Below, piece by piece: positions 43,311 to 53,631 of a stretch of 64,000 nucleotides of DNA. The notes beneath the pieces were generated by a model. It saw nothing but the letters and a program-made list of their open reading frames with translations. It was not told the DNA's origin and did not search any database. The position numbers were made by a program, and so were the translations under genes. Each line of letters opens with the position of its first letter. Within the stretch, counting starts at the first letter, position 1. This DNA is from Tubulanus polymorphus (taxonomy: Eukaryota; Animalia; Nemertea), in the NCBI RefSeq assembly GCF_964204645.1, contig NC_134029.1, positions 8,148,850 to 8,212,849 of the forward strand, written 5' to 3'.

Positions 43311-46300
43311 TTTGTGCTAAGAACTGCCAATGACTTATTTTCTATGAGGTGTTTAATCTACGAATGTCGTTCGATGCCGAAGCGCGCATGACAATATCAT
43401 GTACGTATAATGACATCCCTGTACTCGGGTGCGCCAGTGTAGGCCTTCATGTGTAACTGATATTTTAGGAGAATGTGCTTTACAAAAGCCATTCTGATCT
43501 TTCATCTACGACTCTCAATTTCTTCAATTTCACGACTTAACTAAATTGATTTTTCATTAGTACGTAAGGGATTAAGTTTATTCTGGTTACCGACCTTGTA
43601 TAATCGAGGCTTCTGTTTTAAATTCATTCATTTAATTATCATTACTCATTTCTATCGACTTATAAAAACAAAATCATAAAGTTTCTTTTTTCTCCTTTAA
43701 TGATTTAAATTCTAGATACACATCGGGGTCACAGCCCTCCAGCCGATACGCAACAGAACACACTCCTAAGATGCACGCAGCCCTCGAGCCCGCGCCCGGG
43801 AGGTAATAAATCCCAATAGGCAAACACAATCTGGTCCGTGTAAGTAGACTCCGAGGCACACAGTCGATAACAGGACACACAGTTCCGAGAGACACGCAGC
43901 CTCGCAGAAGCACGCCCGACAGCCAAATTGCACAGGGACCTGACACAAAAAGTGTTTGATCCCAGTATCCTAGGTACTATATATAAAAAGATTTTGAAAA
44001 GTGTCAGTTATTGCGCCGTGAATATAGGTCGTCCAAGCAAGCATGTGTCGAAATCTTTGAATGCTACCAACTTCGCAGATAAAAACAGAATTAAGTATGC
44101 GCGTTAATATGGTTTGCCTTCTACATCAACATCCACCCGAGAAAAAACTACAATAAACTATCGGACTAGTTACACGTAGAAAACGAGCAAAAATACAAAA
44201 ATGGACAAAATCATCTTCAACCTTGTAATATAGCTATTTCCAAAATTTCGATGTACTAAATTAGGCAGCCAAGAAAATTCACCCCAATCAGTCGCTTGCC
44301 GGTTCAGACTGAATGGAAGATTGTTTGAATGAACCGGATCAACCGAATTTCCGATGTATGTACCTCGATTCAAACAAAAAATTCTGTAAACTCGACCGCC
44401 GATCACGCAACGATATCTGTACTTCAATTTCCGATTTCAAAATCAAACCCCAGGCGCTAACGTATTCCACCTAACAAGCCGTACAAGTACGTCCTTCTGT
44501 TTCGCTCCCGGCAGGTGTGGTGGGTCTGTAAGGGACAGACACTCAATCAGAAAATCAGACGAAATTTACCAACCAAATAAATAACAGGGACAATCCTTAT
44601 TTTAAGATTTAAAAAAAAAATGGTTCGCCTGCACACTGGCCAATCATTTTCAGCGGGGGTCAATCTCTATTTCAAGATCGAAAAAATATGGTTTGCCTAT
44701 CATGTTTATAGCATAGGGGTACTTTTATCCAATATAGTAAGATGCGATTTCACCTCTTCTTTGTTTACAATACATTTTCATGGACTGCGCTTATGACCTT
44801 TCACGATCACGTCTTCTCCTTTGGACCAGAACCCAGCAAACGTACTGCCAGTGCTCCTGATTTTGCAAATCTAGATTCGAAACAAGATTTGTTGAATTTG
44901 AAATATTTCGATTATAATACTTAATTTGCGTCATCCCAGTATCATTTGGACAAAAAGCATTGAAATAAGTCTTGGTATGCATAATTGAGCAATAGCAAGT
45001 GCTTCCATTAGCTTTTGTCCCACGCGCAATTTCACTGACGTAAATCTATCAAAGAGACAAAATGAAATGAATAACCAACTCTTTCTGCGTACGATCAAAA
45101 ATACATAGGAGCCATCAGTGAATAGACCCGTTTTTATCGTCGGTCTCTTCTCAACAAAAAAAAACAATATTTTCATGTGCAAATAGATAGACCTGACCCG
45201 GGAGTCAGTTTCATAGGCTGCTTGAATTAGGGCCGCGATAACCGTTATAGCTTACTATCCCCATCTAATATTGTTTCAGGAAATATAGGTACATGCATAT
45301 AGCTATAGAATCAGATATGAGCGATTACAAAACCAGAATGAATCTAATAGCTATTGTTCTAAAGATTTCGTTCGCAAATCTCCATTTTATGTGAAATGAA
45401 ATATCATTTCCTTAATAATGATGTATAGATAACGTTCATCAAGCAAGGGACTGCAGAGTTTTGTTTCTAAAAACAACGAAAGGTATGGCAACAATGAGGA
45501 CTTCGAGGGACAGCCAAAATATGGCGCCTGGAAACTGGAAACTTATTATATGTATGTATTGAGTAAGCCTTGGGTTAGATTTAGTACTGGCTATTCATCC
45601 GTATACTCCTATCTCAAATCATTAAAATGTGGCTTTTACTTCGTCAATGTCAGCCTATATACATGTAAATTCCGTACGTTGATTCTTTTGAAAATCGACG
45701 AATGGAGATCTACGGATGTTTTACAGTTGTTGTCCTTTCTATGCTTACGGTTCCAAGAATTATTTTAGAATATTCGCTATTTCCCACTTGTGCCGAAAAG
45801 AGTTGATAATGTTTCAGTTGAATGACATTTACATTTACTATGTGTAAAAGTTCGGCTGTTGCCACGACGGTGAATGGTTGGTTGCAATTATAGCGGAATT
45901 GTCTTTTGCTATAAAGTTTTAAAATGATCTATACTTATAGTTTTCTATTTGGTCGAATAAATTTTTATCAAGAATGACATCGGATCGAGGTATAGTTTCC
46001 AATGCAGTGCCGTAGTACGCAAATATTAACTAATATAAAGGCCCATAACTGAAAAAAAACATTCTTAGTTTCTGTGTCCTGCATTTATTGCTTTAATACC
46101 TTTAGTCCATGACGATATTGCAAATTTTCGTTCGGGAAGATGCACACAACGTCTCTGTTCATATTCTGCACAGTTTTACTGATAACAACGTAGAAAACAT
46201 GATTTTGTTGCTTTAGATGTAGCATTCCGAGTTGATGAAAAAGACGAAGAGAAAAAACACGTGGTTCTCGCGGGTATTAAGCGGATTATGGTACGATGGC

Positions 46301-46930
46301 TTGAAAGCATTTCGTAACAAGATTAATGATGTCATTAAAGCCATTGAACTGCAATATATCTATGCCCTTTAGTTATGGAAATACATAAGCCTAAACAGCG
46401 AAATAGGCGTTTGCTAATAAGGCTAGAAATGATACCTTGTTTCTATTAGTCGGTCAATCTCTTCTGTAAATTGCAATGAAATTTGCGCACCGTTGAACGA
46501 TACATTGTCGAAGAGTAAGAAAACTAACTTGAAAAAATCCAGCCATAGAATATATTTGATAGTACCGGTATTCAATTGCAATTGTTATTTCGAAATTTGA
46601 ATAATGATGACGTAGTGCACATCTACTCACACAGAACGCCGTAGATAACCTACATAATGCATAAAAACATTATTGTAACGGAATTCTGAGATATTCATCG
46701 TTGACACATACCTTCTAATCAAAATAACATCGTTAATTCGACGGGCGTCTTCGAACATCACCCCTCAGAGGAACCTGATGAACCGAGACTCTGCGTCACG
46801 GCTCGAATCCCCTGCCAGCTATAGGGCGGGGAGCTAATCATGCAATATCGTCAAGCAAAAATTTTTGAAATAATCATGAAGTTTCTGCATGGAAAAATGG
46901 TCCAGATAACGACTATCAAACTAGACTCAC

Positions 46931-47806
46931 CGTTATAAACCAGCGAAACGAAACCTTCTAGAATATTGAACTTCCAGTAACCGATTCTTTCTCGCACATT
47001 AGTTACGAACTATAACTGAAAATTAGTTGAATTTACGGAAACTAGGAAATATCATACGTACCCGGAACGTTACAAAATTCAAATCGCTTCTTAGGATCTG
47101 TTGTGTAACACCATATGCATTTGTCGCGGTCAGGATTACGACAGTAATTCTTTGCTTTAACGAGGTCTTTTTCTGGGAAATTGCGAGGGTTGCTTGCTGA
47201 AGCGATTTTCCTATGGGGGAAATTGACGGCCCATCTTTGACACGTTCGACCAGAAGCCGTCTTATTCACTTTCCCGGAATAGTAAAATCCCTTATGCGTC
47301 AGTGGGCACTTAGAAAACGCTGAAATCAACCGATTCCGTTTCATGTTTTTTTTTCGTACACAAACAAAAACAACGCACCTAATGATAAATTATTTCACCA
47401 GTTTTTTACTAAAGGCAATTAGTGCGTTCATCCCCGGTTGAAATAGTCACTGGCCCGACGCCTGATTAACTTCGCGCACTATCTCTTCATGTAAATCACC
47501 GCCGACAAAATATCAGAGGATACATGACTGTTTGCATCAAACTTGGCAAAATCAGTCCAGTTTTTTCAGCATACGCCTTCCAAGATTTTGCTCGATCTTT
47601 GGATATGATATGAGTAGTTTTTCATTAAGACATGAGTATATTGAAAAAGAATTAATCTTTGAATGTGTATTTGTATTGTTTCACATGAATGTGATAGATG
47701 ATTCTACAAAAATGAACTTACCCGATTCGCTGTTGTAGTAGAATAATAAGATAGAAATAGACACATCCAGAACTGCAAAACGAGAACGGCGAGTTCTGAA
47801 AACCAT
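46931..47806 (-). pseudogene. Secreted kringle-domain gene copy 2; exons 47722-47806 (signal peptide), 47062-47319 (kringle); downstream exons degenerate
   Basis: MVFRTRRSRFAVLDVSISILLFYYNSES|AFSKCPLTHKGFYYSGKVNKTASGRTCQRW...NYCRNPDRDKCIWCYTTDPKKRFEFCNVP, phase-1 exons. The next exon appears to have lost its acceptor and frame; it could still encode a short protein. Confidence 0.7.
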
Positions 47807-48069
47807 TTTTTGAGCTAAGAACTGCCAATGACATATTTTCTACGCGCTGGTTAATCTACGAATGTCGTTCGATGCCGAAGCGCGCATGACAATATCATCT
47901 GCGCATCAATGCACTGTTGTGACATCACTGTAAGAGTACACGGGTACGCCAGTACGTGAGTTACTGATTTTTTTAGGAGAAGGTCATTTACAAAAGAAAT
48001 TCTGATCTTTCATCCACTTTTTTCGGTTTCACGACTTGTGAAACTGAATTGACTTTACTCTTCACCAGT

Positions 48070-48360
48070 AACTGATTACCTGTCTCCAAACGTGCAATTT
48101 GGAAACCGGGCATTTCAATTTGCAGCTCCTGCTTTATGGAATGAAATTCCCATGAGCATTCGACTAAGTCCGTCTGTTGAATGTTTCAAACATACTTTTT
48201 TAGAAAAACTTATAACTGATCTTTTTATCTGCTATTGTATTTTAATATTATGTTTTAATACGGGTAAAATGACTTATATCTATGTAAAGCGCACCGATTA
48301 CCATGTCGGGGTGCGCTATATAAGAATATATATATCATTATTATCATTATTAAGATTATT
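48070..48360 (+). mobile_element. 5'-truncated LINE 3' end (L2/Crack/CR1 group)
   Basis: FGNRAFQFAAPALWNEIPMSIR matches the ORF2 C-terminal motif; followed by TGTAAAGCGC...GCGCTATATAAG and a (TTA)-like tail; absent from the paralogous units. Confidence 0.75.
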
Positions 48361-48537
48361 CCCGACCTGGTAACTGAGGCAAAATATCTTTTTTTAAGAA
48401 GTATAGTTTTCTAAAAACTGCTATAAAAAGTTAAATCATTTTCACCAGCTTTCCCAGTTACGATTGCGATATTCTTTCAAGCTTTTCATTGGACCAATCA
48501 TTGTTCTACCCCGCTCTTTATCCACGCACAAACATGC

Positions 48538-49062
48538 GATCTCGACCTCGACCTTGACGAAATCGGCCTTGCGCGAGTCACCACCCTAGCAGCGTCTTCA
48601 GATTCAGTATCATCTCGTACACGCGCTTATATGGATCAATAATATTGGCCAGTGTAATCGTCAACGTTTTGAACCTTTTAGACAGGAATTAAACAATCCT
48701 GTTTATACCACCTTCAAAATTTCAGTTTCCTTCGACTTATCCTTTATGGTTCTCCGTGCTTTTTCTGTACCCCAAGGACGTTATACTGGCCTGTTAGGTT
48801 AATCACATAAACGACTGGTATTTTGGATGGTGGTTCATAACACTTTTTCAACCGTTTTTCTACGCTACGCAAATGGCACGAAACTGGTCGATCATCCTTA
48901 TAAGCTTAGAGCGGCTAGTCGTCGTGGCTTTCCCGTTGAACAACAAACGGACATGGAATTCGAAGACGCTCGAATTTCTACTTTTCGCAATCATCGTAAC
49001 GAGATCTTCGATCATTACCCGATGCTGCCCGGTTTGTGAAAATGGCCGTGTTTGTAGCCGGG
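48538..49062 (+). pseudogene. GPCR pseudogene copy interrupted by the 5-kb element; resumes briefly at 54102-54111, 3' half deleted
   Basis: Near-identical segment MARNWSIILISLERLVVVAFPL; multiple frameshifts relative to 38034-38600. Confidence 0.88.
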
Positions 49063-49405
49063 AGTAATAGGGGTAATGGGCTTTCATACCAAAGGTCGAA
49101 CGGTCGAGCTCGTAAAAAATGAAAAACATGAAAATAATAACAATTTCTACTTGAATTACTCGCGAAACTCATAAAAAATGAAAAATAATTCTCACACACT
49201 CGAATTTATTTTTCATTTTTACTCGCTAGAAAAAAGTGTGAGTAAAGTGTGAGTGAAATAAATTCGAGCGTGTGAGAATTATTTTTCATTTTTTATGAGT
49301 TTCACTCCTAATTCAAGTAGAAATTGTTATTATTTTCATATTTTTCATTTTTTAATGAACTCGACCATTCAACCTTTAACCTGAAAGCCCATTACCCCTA
49401 TTACT
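49063..49405. repeat. 343-bp imperfect palindrome at the left terminus (mirror copy 53753-54095)
   Basis: AGTAATAGGGGTAATGGGCTTTC ... GAAAGCCCATTACCCCTATTACT with ~150-bp complementary arms. Confidence 0.92.
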
Positions 49406-49526
49406 CTTAAAATATTCATATACATGAATAAAATATATATGAATAACATATAAATCGGATAGATTATTCAATATAAAAGTGTGAGTGAAATAATTCATAT
49501 TTAAAACATTGAATATTTATATTTGA

Positions 49527-50177
49527 ATGAGTTTTAATAAAAATTTTGTTATAAAAATGAAGAAAGAAGAAGAAGAACCCAACTTTAAAATCGAAATCAA
49601 TGAAACCAATAAATCATTTTCACAGTTTTACATTAAAAATTATATTTCAGCAACAAATTTAGTGTCCGCAAGACATTATAAAATCGATAACATAACTATG
49701 ATTAATCAAATATCATCAAATGAAACATATTTAATTACTGAACTAGTAGATACTTTTGATAATGGCGTTAAAAATCCTAAAATATTCAATACAGTTTTAA
49801 ATTTTAGAGGAACATTAGATGAAAACATAATTAATATTCTTAAAACTCCTTTCAATGAAAGAAATGATGATATAATACTTTCAAAAGATTACAATGATTT
49901 GATTAACTTAAGAATTGAAAAAAGACAATTATATTATTTCAATTTTGATAATAAACAAATTATCTATAATGAAAATTCATCAAATATTGGAATTCAATGT
50001 GAATTAGATAATGAAAAATCATTTAAAGATATTGCAGTTCAATGTAATTTAGATGATGAATTTAGAAAATTCAATCCTAATGAAAAAGTGCATTGTTATT
50101 GCGGAGGTAAATATTTAAAATCACATAAATCAAAGCATTATGAAACAATTAAACATAAAAACTGGCGTAAAGAGTAA
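49527..50177 (+). CDS. Element ORF1, 216 aa, C-terminal CxC-H-H zinc-finger-like motif
   Basis: Open 651-bp ORF in very AT-rich DNA; KVHCYCGGKYLKSHKSKHYETIKH resembles the C.CG...H..T.KH motif of large DNA virus/Polinton small proteins; internal repeat IQCELDNE/VQCNLDDE. Confidence 0.65.
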   Translation: MSFNKNFVIKMKKEEEEPNFKIEINETNKSFSQFYIKNYISATNLVSARHYKIDNITMINQISSNETYLITELVDTFDNGVKNPKIFNTVLNFRGTLDENIINILKTPFNERNDDIILSKDYNDLINLRIEKRQLYYFNFDNKQIIYNENSSNIGIQCELDNEKSFKDIAVQCNLDDEFRKFNPNEKVHCYCGGKYLKSHKSKHYETIKHKNWRKE

Positions 50178-50229
50178 CAATTCTACATTATAATTATTGA
50201 ATTGAGTTAAATGATTTAAATATCTAATA

Positions 50230-52052
50230 GACTGTTAAAATGATAAATTGTTTGACAGTTGAAATGATAAATTGTTTGACAGTTGAAATGATAAATTGTT
50301 TGACAGTTGAAATGATAAGACAGTTGAAATGATAAATTGTTCGACTGTTGAAATGATAAGACAGTTGAAATGATAAATTGTTTGATAGTTGAAATGATAA
50401 ATTGTTTGACAGTTGAAGTGATAAATTGTTTGACAGTTGAAATGATAAATTGTTTGACAGTTGAAATGATAAATTGTTTGACAGTTGAAATGATAAATTG
50501 TTTGACAGTTGAAATGATAAATTGTTTGACAGTTGAAATGATAAATTGTTTAACAGTTGAAATGTTAAATTGTTTGACAGTTGAAATGATGAATTGTTTG
50601 ACAGTTGAAATGATAAATTGTTTGACAGTTGAAATGATAAATTGTTTGACAGTTGAAATGATAAATTGTTTGGCAGTTGAAATGATAAATTGTTTGGCAG
50701 TTGAAATGATAAATTGTTTGGCAGTTGAAATGATAAGACAGCTGAAATGATAAATTGTTTGACAGTTGAAATGATAAATTGTTTGACAGTTGAAATGATA
50801 AATTGTTTGACATCTGAAATGATAAGTTGTTTGACAGTTGAAATGATAAATTGTTTGACAGTTGAAATGATAAATTGTTTGACAGTTGAAATGATAAATT
50901 GTTTGACAGTTGAAATGATAAATTGTTCGACTGTTGAAATGATAAATTGTTTGACAGTTGCAATGATAAATTGTTTGACAGTTGAAATGATAAATTGTTC
51001 GACTGTTGAAATGATAAATTGTTTGACAGTTGAAATGATAAATTGTTTGGCAGTTGAAATGATAAATTGTTTGACAGTTGAAATGATAAATTGTTTGACA
51101 GTTGAAATGTTAAATTGTTAGTCAGTTGTAATGATAAATTGTTTGACAGTTGAAATGATGAATTGTTTGACAGTTGAAATAATAAATTGTTTGGCAGTTG
51201 AAATGATAAATTGTTTGACAGTTGAAATGATAAATTGTTTGACAGTTGAAATGATAAATTGTTTGACAGTTGAAATGATAAATTGTTTGACAGTTGAAAT
51301 GATAAATTGTTTGGCAGTTGAAATGATAAATTGTTTGACAGTTGAAATGATAAATTGTTTGACAGTTGAAATGATAAATTGTTTGGCAGTTGAAATGATA
51401 AATTGTTTGGCAGTTGAAATGATAAGACAGCTGAAATGATAAATTGTTTGACAGTTGAAATGATAAATTGTTTGACAGTTGAAATGATAAATTGTTTGAC
51501 CTCTGAAATGATAAATTGTTTGGCAGTTGAAATGATAAATTGTTTGACAGTTGAAATGATAAATTGTTTGACAGTTGAAATGATAAATTGTTTGACAGTT
51601 GAAATGATAAATTGTTCGACTGTTGAAATGATAAATTGTTTGACAGTTGAAATGATAAATTGTTCGACTGTTGAAATGATAAATTGTTCGACAGTTGAAA
51701 TGATAAATTGTTTGGCAGTTGAAATGATAAATTGTTTGGCAGTTGAAATGATAAATTGTTTGACAGTTGAAATGTTAAATTGTTAGTCAGTTGTAATGAT
51801 AAATTGTTTGACAGTTGAAATGATAAATTGTTTGACAGTTGAAATGATAAATTGTTTGACAGTTGAAATGATATATTGTTTGACAGTTGAAATGATAAAT
51901 TATTCGACAGTTGAAATGATAAATTGTTTGACAGTTGAAATGATAAATTGTTTGGCAGTTGAAATGATAAATTGTTTGACAGTTGAAATGATAAATTGTT
52001 TGACAGTTGAAATGATAAATTGTTTGACAGTTGAAATGATAAATTGTTTGGC
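50230..52052. repeat. 24-bp tandem array (ACAGTTGAAATGATAAATTGTTTG)n, roughly 75 units
   Basis: Direct reading; occasional 17-bp deletion variants (GATAAGACAG) and recurring variant blocks. Confidence 0.97.
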
Positions 52053-52174
52053 CGTAAATTTAATTGTTATTTGATTTAATCATTTAAAAGTTTAATATTT
52101 TCAAAATGATTATAAAATATTTAATTAAAAACTAGCAAATATTTTATAAACTGTTTAATTTTTCTCTTAAATAA

Positions 52175-52393
52175 ATGGATGGTTTCATCCCAACTGGGAA
52201 AAGTGATTTGAAACATTATTTAGTAGCAGGTGGATTAATATTGGCTGCGCTTTTCTTTTATTATGAAAATATCAGTAAGGATTTGATTAATGAAAATATA
52301 AAATTGAGCAAGAAATTAAAGAAGTTAAATGGAAACAATCACAGAAAGAATAACAATAAAAAAGTTAATGATTTAAATGATTTGGAGGATTAA
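52175..52393 (+). CDS. Element ORF2, 72 aa, single TM helix plus basic coiled-coil-like tail
   Basis: YLVAGGLILAALFFYY hydrophobic stretch; TAAATG start context; tightly packed with ORF3. Confidence 0.5.
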   Translation: MDGFIPTGKSDLKHYLVAGGLILAALFFYYENISKDLINENIKLSKKLKKLNGNNHRKNNNKKVNDLNDLED

Positions 52394-52439
52394 AACAGCA
52401 TCTTTTAATTTAATTTATTCTATATATTTTGACTATAAA

Positions 52440-52745
52440 ATGAGTGAAAATAAGGTATTAGAAATATTACATCTAATATATAAAAATCAACAGAATATTA
52501 AATCAATTATTATGCTTACAGGTTTATTTTCATTCTCAGTTTATACTATAAAACAGTTGTTAGAATTCTATGATTGCTGTAAAATTAGATACACTGAATT
52601 AATAGAAAATATGAATTATATTTCAGATAGATTGAATAATATTAAATGCTGTGAAATATGTAATAAAAGATATAAAAATTTAAAGAGTTTAAAAACTCAT
52701 AAATATATTCATGAACTTGATGAAAAATTATATGAATCAAAATAA
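52440..52745 (+). CDS. Element ORF3, ~101 aa, hydrophobic segment plus C2H2 zinc finger
   Basis: ATG at 52440 (MSENKV...); CEICNKRYKNLKSLKTHKYIH is a canonical C2H2 pattern. Confidence 0.62.
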   Translation: MSENKVLEILHLIYKNQQNIKSIIMLTGLFSFSVYTIKQLLEFYDCCKIRYTELIENMNYISDRLNNIKCCEICNKRYKNLKSLKTHKYIHELDEKLYESK

Positions 52746-52840
52746 GAAATCGACTGTTAAATTAGCTGAAAATATAAAATATATTAGTTGAAATGTATGA
52801 AAATGAGTAAATTATATTTACGTTAAAAAGGAGGGTTGAG

Positions 52841-52952
52841 GTATCAATGTATTAAATACGTATTAAATACGTATCAAATACGTATTAATGGTATTGAATA
52901 CGTATCAAATACGTATTAATGGTATTAAATACGTATTAATGGTATTAAATAC
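52841..52952. repeat. Minisatellite of mixed 11/9-bp units (GTATTAAATAC / GTATTAATG)
   Basis: Direct reading. Confidence 0.85.
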
Positions 52953-53274
52953 ATATTATGCTTTATTTCCGAAAATGAAGTAACAGAAGTAATTTATGTT
53001 TTAATTCATTCAAGTATGATATTGTAAATTCTTTACATTTGACTAGGATAATACAAGAGTGATATTAGTTAGTTGGCTTATTCAATAAGAGAAACAATGA
53101 AATAATACAAGAGTGATACTAACAGTTAAAGTTATTGAATTTCTTGTTAAATCTATTTGAATTCTAGTCAATTCTTGTTAACCAATAGCGCGAATAGAAA
53201 TCAAAAAGATTTAGATAAAAAAACAATAAGTTAATTAAGTTAGTATTAGATAAAGTAACTCATTGTTTTTTTAT

Positions 53275-53631
53275 TTAAAGTATTATATCATCATTTCTTT
53301 CATTGAAAGGAGTTTTAAGAATATTAATTATGTTTTCATCTAAAGTTCCTTTAAAATTTAAAACTGTATTGAATATTTTAGGATTTTTAACGCCATTATC
53401 AAAAGTATCTACTAGTTCAGTAATTAAATATGTTTCATTTGATGATATTTGATTAATCATAGTTATGTTATCGATTTTATAATGTCTTGCGGACACTAAA
53501 TTTGTTGCTGAAATATAATTTTTAATGTAAAACTGTGAAAATGATTTATTGGTTTCATTGATTTCGATTTTAAAGTTGGGTTCTTCTTCTTCTTTCTTCA
53601 TTTTTATAACAAAATTTTTATTAAAACTCAT
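53275..53631 (-). pseudogene. Truncated duplicate of ORF1 N-terminus inside the right TIR (118 aa)
   Basis: Identical to ORF1 aa 1-118 except R->K; stop created at the TIR junction. Confidence 0.8.

Noticed and set aside
43674-43948. Cys/Leu-rich ORFs as a gene
   Set aside because: Several frames open, no motifs; more likely a repeat fragment (possibly a LINE 5' UTR) that I cannot classify
50230-52074. CRISPR-like array or repetitive protein ORFs (MINCLTVE)n
   Set aside because: Units are contiguous with no unique spacers and there are no cas genes. The ORFs arise because a 24-bp unit lacks stops in some frames, and they are broken by 17-bp variants
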